The notes below the pieces were generated by a model that saw only the letters and a program-made list of their open reading frames with translations, ran no database searches and had not been told where the DNA came from. Below, piece after piece: positions 17,607-26,248 of a stretch of 34,839 nt of DNA. A program made the position numbers and the translations under genes. The stretch comes from a bacterium (GTDB taxonomy: Bacteria; Patescibacteriota; Minisyncoccia; Phycocordibacterales; Phycocordibacteraceae). Each line of letters opens with the position of its first letter. Position 1 is the stretch's first letter. The stretch spans positions 1 to 34,839 of the forward strand of contig JAKAJB010000001.1 of the NCBI GenBank assembly GCA_021813965.1, written 5' to 3'.

Positions 17607-18016
17607 ATCACACACGTCTCCGGGTCGTCGCGACCATCATCGGCGGCTTCATCCTCATCAGCTTCATACTCTCAGTACCGCATGCTCGCGAGATTTCCCC
17701 TGTCGCTGTCCCGGAAAGCATCGCGACCTCGACGCCGGCCGTAGCGCTTCGCGATGCTTTCCGCAGAGGCGTCCACTCGATTACCGGCTCTGTCGAGGCA
17801 CCGGATCCCTGCACAGTTGTCTCCGCACAAGCCGTCCCCGTCGGTGACGCCTCAAGCACGACAGGCATCCTCATCGAAGTCACGCTGCCGGAGGATTCCG
17901 GCGTCTGTCTCCAAGTACCGTCTCCATTAAGTTTCTCCGCAACCATCACCGCGCCTGAAGGGCTTCCTATGAGCGCAACCGTGAACGGCGTCGCCGCGTC
18001 GACGACAGTACTATGA
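17603..18016 (+). CDS. Hypothetical membrane-anchored or secreted protein
   Basis: N-terminal TM or signal helix (VVATIIGGFILISFIL). 4-nt overlaps with both neighbours. Confidence 0.6.
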   Translation: MNHTRLRVVATIIGGFILISFILSVPHAREISPVAVPESIATSTPAVALRDAFRRGVHSITGSVEAPDPCTVVSAQAVPVGDASSTTGILIEVTLPEDSGVCLQVPSPLSFSATITAPEGLPMSATVNGVAASTTVL

Positions 18017-18882
18017 CGATGTACCCGGTCATCGTCAAAGCTGACGGTTCTCGCGAACCGTTTGATCCGGTGCGGCTTGCCACATCTCTTCGGAGAGCGG
18101 GGGCCGGCGATTATACCGCCGAACGAATCGCCAAAGAAATCACTGCGACGGTAGTCCCCGGCATGTCCTCGAAAGAAGTCCACATGCGCGCCTTCGCGCT
18201 CTTGCGGAGAGAATCGCGGCCCATGGCGGCGCGCTATGCGCTCCGTCGCGCACTCCTCGAGCTCGGGCCCACCGGCCATCCTTTCGAGGATTTCATCTCG
18301 CATCTTTACACCGTACTCGGATGGCAGGTGGAAACGCGCAAGATCATCAAAGGCACGTGTGTCTCGCATGAGGTCGATTTCTACGCCTCACATCCGAAAC
18401 AAAACACGTATATCGCCGCGGAGCTGAAATACCACAACGACCCGAATTATAAGACCGACCTGAAGGTCGCGCTCTACGTGAAGAGCCGCTTCGACGATAT
18501 CTTCTCCTGCGATCCGAAAATCCGCGCGTGCCCCATCGACCGCGGTCTTTTGGTCACCAATACGAAATTCACTTCGGAAGCCATCGCCTATGCCGAGTGC
18601 GCCGGCGTCGAACTCCTCGGGTGGGGGTACCCGGCTAATGACTCCTTGTTCCTGCTCATGAGCCGCACGAAAGTGTATCCGATCACCGCCCTCACACGGC
18701 TCTCACGCACCGAAAAGCGCCTGCTTATCGATAACGGCACCTCGACGGTCGATCAGATCATGACCGAACGCCGCCGTCTCGACGTGCTCCGGCTTCCGGC
18801 AGATCGGATTGGCGATCTCATCGCCGAAGCGGAAGGGCTCTTATCGCTTCCAGACGTGGCGCATGATACAGTTTCCCTATGA
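18013..18882 (+). CDS. ATP-cone domain fused to an Mrr-like PD-(D/E)XK restriction-endonuclease domain
   Basis: The N-terminus VIVKADGSREPFDPVRLATSLRRAG...IAKEI......EVHMRAFALL fits the ATP-cone pattern. The middle part HEVDFYA....YIAAELKY...LLVTNTKFTSEAIAYAE..GVELLG fits the D...ExK core and the Mrr-type C-terminal helix. Confidence 0.8.
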   Translation: MTMYPVIVKADGSREPFDPVRLATSLRRAGAGDYTAERIAKEITATVVPGMSSKEVHMRAFALLRRESRPMAARYALRRALLELGPTGHPFEDFISHLYTVLGWQVETRKIIKGTCVSHEVDFYASHPKQNTYIAAELKYHNDPNYKTDLKVALYVKSRFDDIFSCDPKIRACPIDRGLLVTNTKFTSEAIAYAECAGVELLGWGYPANDSLFLLMSRTKVYPITALTRLSRTEKRLLIDNGTSTVDQIMTERRRLDVLRLPADRIGDLIAEAEGLLSLPDVAHDTVSL

Positions 18883-19370
18883 CGAAAACCTTTTCCATGG
18901 GCTCATTCGTCGGCGGCTTCATGCTCGGGGCTGTCTTGATCGCGGCGTGGCTCCTCGGGGGAGATCTTACCGCTATCACGCCATCGACGTACGCACCAGC
19001 AGCTCCGGACTCCGTCTCCGGCACGACCAGGCCGACAGCCGCCGAAAGCGGAGCCGTATCGATCGCCGATCAGCCAGCGGGCTCGAGCGTAACCGTCGAA
19101 TCGGTCACCGTACCGCCGCCGGGCGTCTGGGTCGCGGTTCGCGAGATGAATGGCAGCGACCTCGGGAATGTCCTCGGAGCCGTCCGAGTGACGGGCCCGC
19201 GGAGCAATGTCACTGTCCCGCTCCTGCGCGCGACTGAAGCCGGTTCCACCTATGCGGTCGAGCTCTACCGCGACGACGGCAACGACGAATTCAACCTCTC
19301 CACCGACAGCGTCTACGTCGACTTCGCCACCGGCGAACCGGTCATCGCCTACTTCACGACCGCCTCCTGA
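18879..19370 (+). CDS. Hypothetical membrane-anchored extracytoplasmic protein
   Basis: N-terminal TM helix, a Pro/Ser/Thr linker, then a beta-rich domain of about 90 aa. 4-nt overlap with the upstream gene. Confidence 0.6.
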   Translation: MTKTFSMGSFVGGFMLGAVLIAAWLLGGDLTAITPSTYAPAAPDSVSGTTRPTAAESGAVSIADQPAGSSVTVESVTVPPPGVWVAVREMNGSDLGNVLGAVRVTGPRSNVTVPLLRATEAGSTYAVELYRDDGNDEFNLSTDSVYVDFATGEPVIAYFTTAS

Positions 19371-19371
19371 C

Positions 19372-20163
19372 ATGGCCGAATTCAAGAAGAGCTACAATCC
19401 GGACCGTAGCAGCGACTGGAATTACGGCGGAAAGAAGTGGCGACTCTCGCGCTCCAAGATCGACCTGTTCATGGAGTGCCCGCGCTGTTTCTATCTCGAC
19501 AACAAGCTCGGCACCGCGCGGCCGCGCGGCCCGGCGTTCACGCTCAACATTGCGGTAGACACACTGCTCAAAAAAGAATTCGACGTGCACCGCGCGGCCG
19601 GTTCTAAGCACCCGCTTCTCGAACACTACGGCGTCGACGCGATTCCGTACCGACACGAAGACCTCGATACCTGGCGCGAGAACTTCGAGGGCATCGAGTA
19701 CAAGCACGCACCGACCGGACTCACCATCTCGGGCGCGGTCGATGACATCTGGGTCGACCCTTCCGGCGCGCTCATCGTCGTCGACTATAAGGCGACCTCG
19801 AAGGAGGGGACTATCGAGTCGCTCGCCGACTCCTCGTGGGAAGAACAGTACCGCCGGCAGATAGGCGTCTACCAGTGGCTCTTACGCCAGAACGGCTTCA
19901 CCGTCTCGGATACGGGTTATTTCGTCTACGCGAATGCGCGCGCGGACAAGGCGGCCTTCGACGGCCAGCTCGAGTTCGAGGTGACACTCGTGCCCTGTAC
20001 GGGTTCCGTCGAGTGGATCGAGGATGTCCTCCCGCGCATCAAGGCGTGCCTCGAGAGCGACGAGATACCCGCATCGAGCGCGACGTGCGAATACTGCCCG
20101 TACCGTACTGCCGCCGGAAAAAAGCTCTTGGCAATCCATCATGCCAATGCCAAAAAGAAATAG
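19372..20163 (+). CDS. PD-(D/E)XK nuclease, Cas4/RecB-like with a Cys cluster
   Basis: Internal ATG (MAEFKK) of track ORF 19207..20163, one nt after the upstream stop. Motifs: N-terminal CPRCFY, core DDIWVDPSGALIVVDYKATS (D..D-Y-K), and C-terminal C-x13-C-x2-C (CLES...CEYCPY). Confidence 0.8.
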   Translation: MAEFKKSYNPDRSSDWNYGGKKWRLSRSKIDLFMECPRCFYLDNKLGTARPRGPAFTLNIAVDTLLKKEFDVHRAAGSKHPLLEHYGVDAIPYRHEDLDTWRENFEGIEYKHAPTGLTISGAVDDIWVDPSGALIVVDYKATSKEGTIESLADSSWEEQYRRQIGVYQWLLRQNGFTVSDTGYFVYANARADKAAFDGQLEFEVTLVPCTGSVEWIEDVLPRIKACLESDEIPASSATCEYCPYRTAAGKKLLAIHHANAKKK

Positions 20164-20416
20164 CAGTGCATTCGCCAACCGCGTCCGTGCTGTGGTTCGC
20201 GGAATCCCAAAAGGGGAGACACTACCATATATGGTAGTAGCCGAGCGTGCGGGATATCCAGGGGCTGCTCGCGCGGTCGGCACAGTGATGAAGCGTAACT
20301 ACGACCCTTCCGTGCCGTGCCACCGCGTGGTGCGAAGCGACGGACGCATCGGCGCCTACAACCGCGGCGGTGAAGAAGCGAAGCGCGAGCTGCTCCGCGC
20401 CGAAGGCGCATTTTGA
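20141..20416 (+). CDS. MGMT-family DNA-binding domain protein (91 aa, PCHR motif retained)
   Basis: Internal ATG of track ORF 20024..20416. IPKGETLPYMVVAERAGYPGAARAVGTVM.......VPCHRVVRSDGRIGAY is the MGMT C-terminal HTH plus PCHR active-site pattern. There is no N-terminal MGMT domain. Confidence 0.8.
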   Translation: MPMPKRNSSAFANRVRAVVRGIPKGETLPYMVVAERAGYPGAARAVGTVMKRNYDPSVPCHRVVRSDGRIGAYNRGGEEAKRELLRAEGAF

Positions 20417-21087
20417 ATATGGACGTGAAGATAGAACCATCGTGGGCGGCACGTCTCTCCGGCGAGTTTGAGAAGAGCTATTTTGCGGACCTCACCGATT
20501 TCGTGAAGAAAGAGTATCAAGCGGGCGCCGTGTATCCGGCGCCGAAGAACATTTTCCGCGCCTTCGACCTCTGTCCGTTCGACAAGGTGAAGGTCGTCAT
20601 CCTCGGCCAGGACCCGTACCACGGCACCGGGCAAGCGAACGGCCTCGCGTTCGCGGTGAACGACGGGCAGGCGTTGCCGCCGTCGCTCCAGAACATCTTC
20701 AAAGAGACAGAGAGCGACTTAGGGAAGCCGCTCATGCACAGAAGCGGCGACCTCTCGCGCTGGGCGGAGCAGGGCGTCCTCCTCCTGAATGCCACCCTCA
20801 CCGTCCGAGCACATAGCGCCGGCTCGCATCAGGAGAAAGGGTGGGAGTCCTTCACTGACGCCGTCATCAAAGCCCTTTCCGAGGAGCGGGAGCATCTCGT
20901 CTTCATGCTCTGGGGCAATTACGCGAAGGCGAAGGGTGCGCACATCGACCGCACCAAACACCTCGTGCTCGAGTCGCCGCACCCGTCGCCGTTCTCCGCC
21001 ACCTCCGGTTTCTTCGGCTCCCGGCCTTTCAGTAAGGCGAACGAGTACCTCGTCAGTCACAGCGAAACGCCGATAGACTGGCTATAG
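20413..21087 (+). CDS. ung: Uracil-DNA glycosylase, family 1
   Basis: VVILGQDPYHGTGQANGLAFAV (water-activating loop) and the HPSPFSA (Leu-intercalation region) motif. Confidence 0.95.
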   Translation: MNMDVKIEPSWAARLSGEFEKSYFADLTDFVKKEYQAGAVYPAPKNIFRAFDLCPFDKVKVVILGQDPYHGTGQANGLAFAVNDGQALPPSLQNIFKETESDLGKPLMHRSGDLSRWAEQGVLLLNATLTVRAHSAGSHQEKGWESFTDAVIKALSEEREHLVFMLWGNYAKAKGAHIDRTKHLVLESPHPSPFSATSGFFGSRPFSKANEYLVSHSETPIDWL

Positions 21088-21157
21088 GGAACATGTTATA
21101 ACGCTGTCCAGGATGATGGATTCGTTCCTACGCCACCCGACTCGGAGGAGGAAGATC

Positions 21158-21496
21158 ATGGATCTCTATGTACGAAGCGGCGCATTCGACCCGATACCCG
21201 TGTCGAGGCCAGGAATCACGATTACCTGGGATCAGATGCTCGTGACCGTGAGCCGGTATCTCGCAGTAGTCTCCGTGACCATGCAAGTCCTGGACGCGGA
21301 CCAGGTGGCGACCGGCATATGCGAAGGCGAATTGATGAGGATGATCCGCAAAGGCCACTGGCTCTATTTTGACTCGCCTGGCTTCAATCTCGAACCGGTC
21401 GAGATGCTGGATGAATCGTCGCCGAACCTGTTTACCGACAACGGCTGCGTCTTCTTCCGATATGGGGGCCATCAGTATGCGATATATCCGTCATGA
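21158..21496 (+). CDS. Hypothetical protein (112 aa)
   Basis: Internal ATG preceded by GGAGGAGGAAG (21145-21155), one of the few strong SD-like sites in the window. No recognisable domain. Confidence 0.45.
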   Translation: MDLYVRSGAFDPIPVSRPGITITWDQMLVTVSRYLAVVSVTMQVLDADQVATGICEGELMRMIRKGHWLYFDSPGFNLEPVEMLDESSPNLFTDNGCVFFRYGGHQYAIYPS

Positions 21497-21570
21497 CGGC
21501 ATGACTCAGCGCCGCAAGAACTGCGGCGTTCGTTTTTATGCCACCCCGAGGCGTGCGCTATACTGATTCC

Positions 21571-22134
21571 ATGAACCACACGCCGCAGATAAAGAAAGCG
21601 ATACAATTCGCCGCCAGAAAGCACCACGGGCAGATGCGCCTGGAAACAGAACCCTTGCCCTACATCACCCACCTTTTCTCGGTCGCGCTCTTGGTCGCCG
21701 AGGATGGTGCGAGCGACGATGTCGTCACGGCGGCACTCCTGCACGACACGCTCGAAGACACTCCCACGACGCGCGAAGAGATCGTCGCAGCATTCAACGA
21801 GCATGTCGCGGAGCTCGTCGAAGCGGTGAGCGAGAAAAAAAATCTTCCTTGGAAAGAGCGGAAGGAGGACTACCTTGCGAATCTCAAGACCGCTCCTGCC
21901 GACGCGGTGCTCATCGCTACCGCCGACAAGATCGATAATATCGAGAGTAAGATAGAGGCCTACCGGAAAGAAGGCGCGACGCTCTTGAATCGCTGGAAAC
22001 AGCCCTCAAGCGAATACCTCTGGTACCACGGCGAAGCGCTCCGCATCGCGCAGGCGCGTCTGCCGGAGCATCCGCTCACCAAGCGTCTCGCCGAAGCGCA
22101 CGCCGAAGAGATGGACGTCTTCTCAGAAAAGTGA
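21571..22134 (+). CDS. HD-domain hydrolase, SpoT/Mesh1-like small (p)ppGpp hydrolase family
   Basis: A.KHHGQMR......PYITHLFSVALLV.....SDDVVTAALLHDTLEDT is the HD_4 pattern (H...HD...D). TATACT at 21559-21564 lies 6 nt upstream of this ATG. Confidence 0.85.
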   Translation: MNHTPQIKKAIQFAARKHHGQMRLETEPLPYITHLFSVALLVAEDGASDDVVTAALLHDTLEDTPTTREEIVAAFNEHVAELVEAVSEKKNLPWKERKEDYLANLKTAPADAVLIATADKIDNIESKIEAYRKEGATLLNRWKQPSSEYLWYHGEALRIAQARLPEHPLTKRLAEAHAEEMDVFSEK

Positions 22135-22150
22135 TCACTACCAAGCGAAG

Positions 22151-22185
22151 CGCATCATACATGCATGTTCGCATGTATGTATGCG
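22151..22185. terminator. Hairpin between the convergent HD-hydrolase and M13-peptidase genes
   Basis: CGCATCATACATGC (22151-22164) pairs with GCATGTATGTATGCG (22171-22185): 14 bp with one bulge and a 6-nt loop. No U-tract. Confidence 0.45.
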
Positions 22186-22219
22186 AGCGAGCGCAGGGAG
22201 GAAGCTCGGCTTTGCGAGC

Positions 22220-24181
22220 TTACCAGATTTTCGCGCGATTCCTCGGCTCGCGATACAGTGCGTCACCCTTCTTCACGCCGAACGCCTCATAGAACTCGGG
22301 AATATTCGAGAGCGGACCATTCACGCGGAAGCGCGAAGGGGAGTGCGGGTCGGTCAGCACCTGTGTCTTGCGGAACTCCGGGCGTTCTTGCTCGCGCTCA
22401 GTCGTCGCGTAGCCCAGGAAGAAGCGCTGCTCAGGAGTGAAGCCGTCGATATCTTTACGGCCCGTCTCTTTCAAGCGGAGCTGATAGGCGTCATATGCGA
22501 TCGAGATGCCGCCAAGGTCGGCGATATTCTCGCCGAGCGTGAGCTGGCCGTTCACGTTCATGCCGGGAGCGACGGCATATCCGTTAAATTCTTTCACGAG
22601 CGTCTTCGCCTTCAGCGCAAAACGCTTCGCGTCCGTCGGCGTCCACCAGGTCTTCCTGTTCCCCTTGCCGTCAAACTTACAGCCCTGATCATCAAACCCG
22701 TGCGTTATCTCATGCCCGATGACTGAGCCTATCGCGCCGTAGTTGAACGCATCATCGGCCGTGACCTCGAAGAACGGGTGCTGCAGAATAGCCGCAGGAA
22801 AGACGACGTCGTTCAGACCGAAACTGCAATACGCATTCACCGTCTGGGGACTCATGAACCACTCCTTGTGGTCGACCGGCTTGGCTAGGCGACGAATCGC
22901 GCGCCGGTGCTCATACGTAGAAACACGCAAGACGTTACCGGCATACTCGTCGGCATCGATGACGAGACCCTTGTAACTCTTCCATTTGTCCGGGTAGCCG
23001 AGTTTGCGATTCATCTGATGCAATTTCTTAATAGCTTTTTTCTTCGTCTCCGGGCTCATCCAATCGAGATTCTTGATACGAGCCTCATACGCGCGGAAGA
23101 GATCGGCGACGATGAGCGCGACCTTATGTTTCGCCTCGGCAGGAAAGTACTCCTCCACATAGAGCTCGCCGAAGACTTCGGAGAGCCCGCCGTTCACGAC
23201 GCGGAGTATGCGGCGCCACAACGGCTTCATATGTTTCGTGCCCATGAGCGCCGTAGCGTAGAAAGCGAAGTTCTCTTTCTCGAGCTCGGGAGTGAGGAAC
23301 GAGGAAAAGTCGCTGATGAGGTGCGTGCGGAGGTAGATCTGCCAGGCCTCGATCGGATACGCGGTGAGCATCTTGTCTGCCGCCATGAAGAAATCCGGCT
23401 GCATCACGACGACCTCTCGCGGTTCGGCACCGAGGATCTTGAAATAATCCTGCCAATCGATGCGTGGCGTCAGTTTTTTCAGCTGAGAAAGCGATTTCTT
23501 GTGGTACGTCTTATCGACGTCGCGCAGATCCTCTTTCTTCATCGAGGCTTTCGCGATAGCGGTCTCTATGTTGAGTACGAGAGTCATCTCTTCTTTCGCC
23601 GTGGTCTTCCGACCGGCAAGTTCCAGGAGTCGCACGAGATACGCTTGGTACGCCGTGCGCACCCGTACGGACTCTTCATCATTCTTCAGATAGTAGTCGC
23701 GGTCCGGCATGCCGAGGCCGCCCTGTCCGAGATAGAGGATGTACTTCTCGCTGTCTTTCATATCCTGGTCGATACCGGCACCCCATACGCCGCCCGAGCC
23801 GACGCTCTCAAGGAGCGCGACCGTTGCCACGACGTCTTGCGGCGTCTCGATGCTCTCGATGCGCTTCAGAAGCGGCGCGAGCGGAGTGAGGCCGAGCTCC
23901 TTGCGGCGCTTCAAGTCCATGCCGGAAGAGTAGAGATCGCGGATCATCTGCTCCGGGCTCCCTTTTTCTGCTCGCTTCCTCTCAACGACCTTCTTCAAAA
24001 GAGCATTGAGCTGCTTGTCGGTCGTATGACGGAGCTCGGTAAAAGAACCCCACCGCGACTCAGTTTTCGGTATCGGATTCTTCCGCATCCAGTTCCCGCT
24101 CGCATAGTGAAAGAAGTCGTCCTGCGGACGCACCGTCGTATCGATATCTCGCACATCAAATCCCCATCCTTTTTTTATCAT
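22220..24181 (-). CDS. pepO: M13-family zinc metallopeptidase (PepO/neprilysin-like)
   Basis: HEITHGFDDQG (HExxH), ENIADLGG, NAYC and the C-terminal W. No obvious signal peptide. Confidence 0.93.
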   Translation of the reverse strand: MIKKGWGFDVRDIDTTVRPQDDFFHYASGNWMRKNPIPKTESRWGSFTELRHTTDKQLNALLKKVVERKRAEKGSPEQMIRDLYSSGMDLKRRKELGLTPLAPLLKRIESIETPQDVVATVALLESVGSGGVWGAGIDQDMKDSEKYILYLGQGGLGMPDRDYYLKNDEESVRVRTAYQAYLVRLLELAGRKTTAKEEMTLVLNIETAIAKASMKKEDLRDVDKTYHKKSLSQLKKLTPRIDWQDYFKILGAEPREVVVMQPDFFMAADKMLTAYPIEAWQIYLRTHLISDFSSFLTPELEKENFAFYATALMGTKHMKPLWRRILRVVNGGLSEVFGELYVEEYFPAEAKHKVALIVADLFRAYEARIKNLDWMSPETKKKAIKKLHQMNRKLGYPDKWKSYKGLVIDADEYAGNVLRVSTYEHRRAIRRLAKPVDHKEWFMSPQTVNAYCSFGLNDVVFPAAILQHPFFEVTADDAFNYGAIGSVIGHEITHGFDDQGCKFDGKGNRKTWWTPTDAKRFALKAKTLVKEFNGYAVAPGMNVNGQLTLGENIADLGGISIAYDAYQLRLKETGRKDIDGFTPEQRFFLGYATTEREQERPEFRKTQVLTDPHSPSRFRVNGPLSNIPEFYEAFGVKKGDALYREPRNRAKIW

Positions 24182-24228
24182 GCGTCCATAGTATATGAAT
24201 CTTTTATCTCATGCTATCTTTCTCCCAT

Positions 24229-26199
24229 ATGACTGTCGCAGATGTACGCACGCGATACCTCGATTTCTTCGCCAAGCGCGGGCATGCCGTCATCCCTTCG
24301 GCGCCGATCGTGCCGGAGAACGACCCGACCACGCTTTTCACCAGCAGCGGTATGCAGCCATTGGTGCCATACCTCTTGGGCCAGCCGCACCCAGAGGGGG
24401 CGCGGCTCGTCGACTCGCAGATGTCATTCCGCGCGGAAGATATCGAAGAAGTCGGCGACAATCGCCACACGACGTTCTTCGAGATGCTCGGCAATTGGAG
24501 CCTCGGCGATTATTTCAAGCAAGAGCAGCTGCCGTGGTTCTTCGAATTCCTGACGAGCGGGGAAGAAGGCCTCGGGCTCGACCCGGCGAAGCTCTACGTC
24601 ACGGTCTTCGGCGGCGACGAGGAGTCCGGTATGGCTGCTGACTCCGAGTCGGTCGAGATATGGAAGAAGCTTTTCGGTGAGAAGGGGATTAACGCGGCTT
24701 TCGTCGAGCTCGGCACCGAAGAGCACGGGAACGAAGTCGGCATGCAGGGCGGCCGCATCTTCTCGTACGGCGCGCGGAAGAACTGGTGGAGCCGCGCCGG
24801 CGTCCCCGCCAAGATGCCCGCGGGAGAGATCGGCGGCCCGGACTCCGAGATGTTCTATGATTTCGGCCTCCCGCACGATCCGGCCTTCGGCCCCGAGTGC
24901 CACCCCAACTGCGACTGCGGGCGTTTCGTCGAGATCGGCAATTCCGTCTTCATGCAGTTCATCAAGCAGGACGACGGCACGTTCAAGGAATTACCGAAGA
25001 AGAACGTCGACTTCGGCGGCGGCCTCGAGCGCCTCACGGCCGCGACGCGCGATGATGCTGACATCTTCCTCACCGACGTATTCGATGCTGCTCGTACCGT
25101 CCTCGAGACCCGCTCCGGCAAAGCTTATACAAGGTTGAACCTTGTAGAAAAAGATGGCGCAGATACGAGGTCGTTCAGGATCATCCTCGACCACATGCGT
25201 GCCGCCTCGTTCATGCTCGCAAGCGGCATCCGTCCGGCAAACTCCGAGCAGGGGTACGTGCTCCGCCGCCTCATCCGCCGCTCCATCCGCGAAGCCGACA
25301 AGCTCGGCATCAAAGACGCGGTGCTCGCCGAAGTCGCCGAGGGATGCGGCGCAGCTTATGCCGAGGCGTATCCCTTCGTGCAGGCCGCCGCACGGGCTAT
25401 CCGCGAAGAACTCGAGAAAGAGGAGGCGCAATTCAGGAAGACGCTCGCGAACGGCATGCGTCAGTTTGAAAAAATACAGTGGATGGGAGTTCCTGATGAA
25501 GCACTGCCGTCAAATAATCAAACGGCAGCCATAGCGGGACACGTAGAAAAGGTTCTGCCGAGTAATATTGTTTTTGAACTTTACACAACATATGGATTCC
25601 CAGTTGAGATGACTGAGGAAATTGCGAAGGAACGCGGAGCAATCATTAATAAAGAGGAAGTTGCTGAAAAAATGAAAGAGCACCAGGTGCTCTCGCGTGC
25701 CGGTGCAGCACAGAAGTTCGCGGGCGGACTCGCCGACCAGGCCGAACAGACGGTCCGCTACCACACCGCGCATCATCTTCTCCTCAAGGCGCTCCAGATA
25801 GTGCTCGGAAGCGACGTGCATCAGCGCGGCAGCAACATCACGAGCGAACGCCTGCGTATCGACTTCTCGTACGGAGCAAAAATGACGGACGAGCAGAAAA
25901 CGACTGTGGAGAAGATCGTGAACGAGAAGATCGCCGCAGCGCTCCCGGTCATCCGCACGGACATGAAGAAGGAAGAGGCGGAGAAACTCGGTGCCGAGCA
26001 CGAGTTCGGCGCTTCGTATCCCGATATCGTCTCGGTGTATTCGGTCGGCCCGCTCGATAACGCTTTTTCCATAGAGTTCTGCGGCGGCCCGCACGTGAGC
26101 AACACGAGCGAGCTCGGCGCGGACGGCAGGCATTTCAAGATACTGAAGGAAGAAGCTTCATCCGCCGGCGTCCGCCGCATCAAAGCGGTTTTGCAATAA
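24229..26199 (+). CDS. alaS: Alanine--tRNA ligase lacking the C-Ala domain (656 aa from this start)
   Basis: VRTRYLDFFAKRGHAVIPSAPIVPENDPTTLFTSSGMQP, FFEMLGNWSLGDYFK, the editing-domain motifs HTAHHLL and CGGPHV, and the end GVRRIKAV. The track start 24211 lies inside a -10-like box (TGCTATCTT, 24212-24220), so 24229 is preferred. Confidence 0.93.
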   Translation: MTVADVRTRYLDFFAKRGHAVIPSAPIVPENDPTTLFTSSGMQPLVPYLLGQPHPEGARLVDSQMSFRAEDIEEVGDNRHTTFFEMLGNWSLGDYFKQEQLPWFFEFLTSGEEGLGLDPAKLYVTVFGGDEESGMAADSESVEIWKKLFGEKGINAAFVELGTEEHGNEVGMQGGRIFSYGARKNWWSRAGVPAKMPAGEIGGPDSEMFYDFGLPHDPAFGPECHPNCDCGRFVEIGNSVFMQFIKQDDGTFKELPKKNVDFGGGLERLTAATRDDADIFLTDVFDAARTVLETRSGKAYTRLNLVEKDGADTRSFRIILDHMRAASFMLASGIRPANSEQGYVLRRLIRRSIREADKLGIKDAVLAEVAEGCGAAYAEAYPFVQAAARAIREELEKEEAQFRKTLANGMRQFEKIQWMGVPDEALPSNNQTAAIAGHVEKVLPSNIVFELYTTYGFPVEMTEEIAKERGAIINKEEVAEKMKEHQVLSRAGAAQKFAGGLADQAEQTVRYHTAHHLLLKALQIVLGSDVHQRGSNITSERLRIDFSYGAKMTDEQKTTVEKIVNEKIAAALPVIRTDMKKEEAEKLGAEHEFGASYPDIVSVYSVGPLDNAFSIEFCGGPHVSNTSELGADGRHFKILKEEASSAGVRRIKAVLQ

Positions 26200-26210
26200 T
26201 CGCGGCATCC

Positions 26211-26248
26211 ATTGCGCCGCATGCGAAACCCGTCGCATGCGGCGCAAT
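26211..26248 (+). terminator. Perfect 16-bp inverted repeat after alaS (terminator or operator)
   Basis: ATTGCGCCGCATGCGA (26211-26226) / TCGCATGCGGCGCAAT (26233-26248) with loop AACCCG. No U-tract. It abuts the next promoter. Confidence 0.5.

Noticed and set aside
19207-19371. N-terminal 55-aa extension of the Cas4-like nuclease ORF as given in the track.
   Set aside because: It overlaps the 3' end of the upstream gene in another frame and is Ser/Thr/Pro low-complexity. The conserved nuclease sequence starts at the ATG at 19372, right after the upstream stop.
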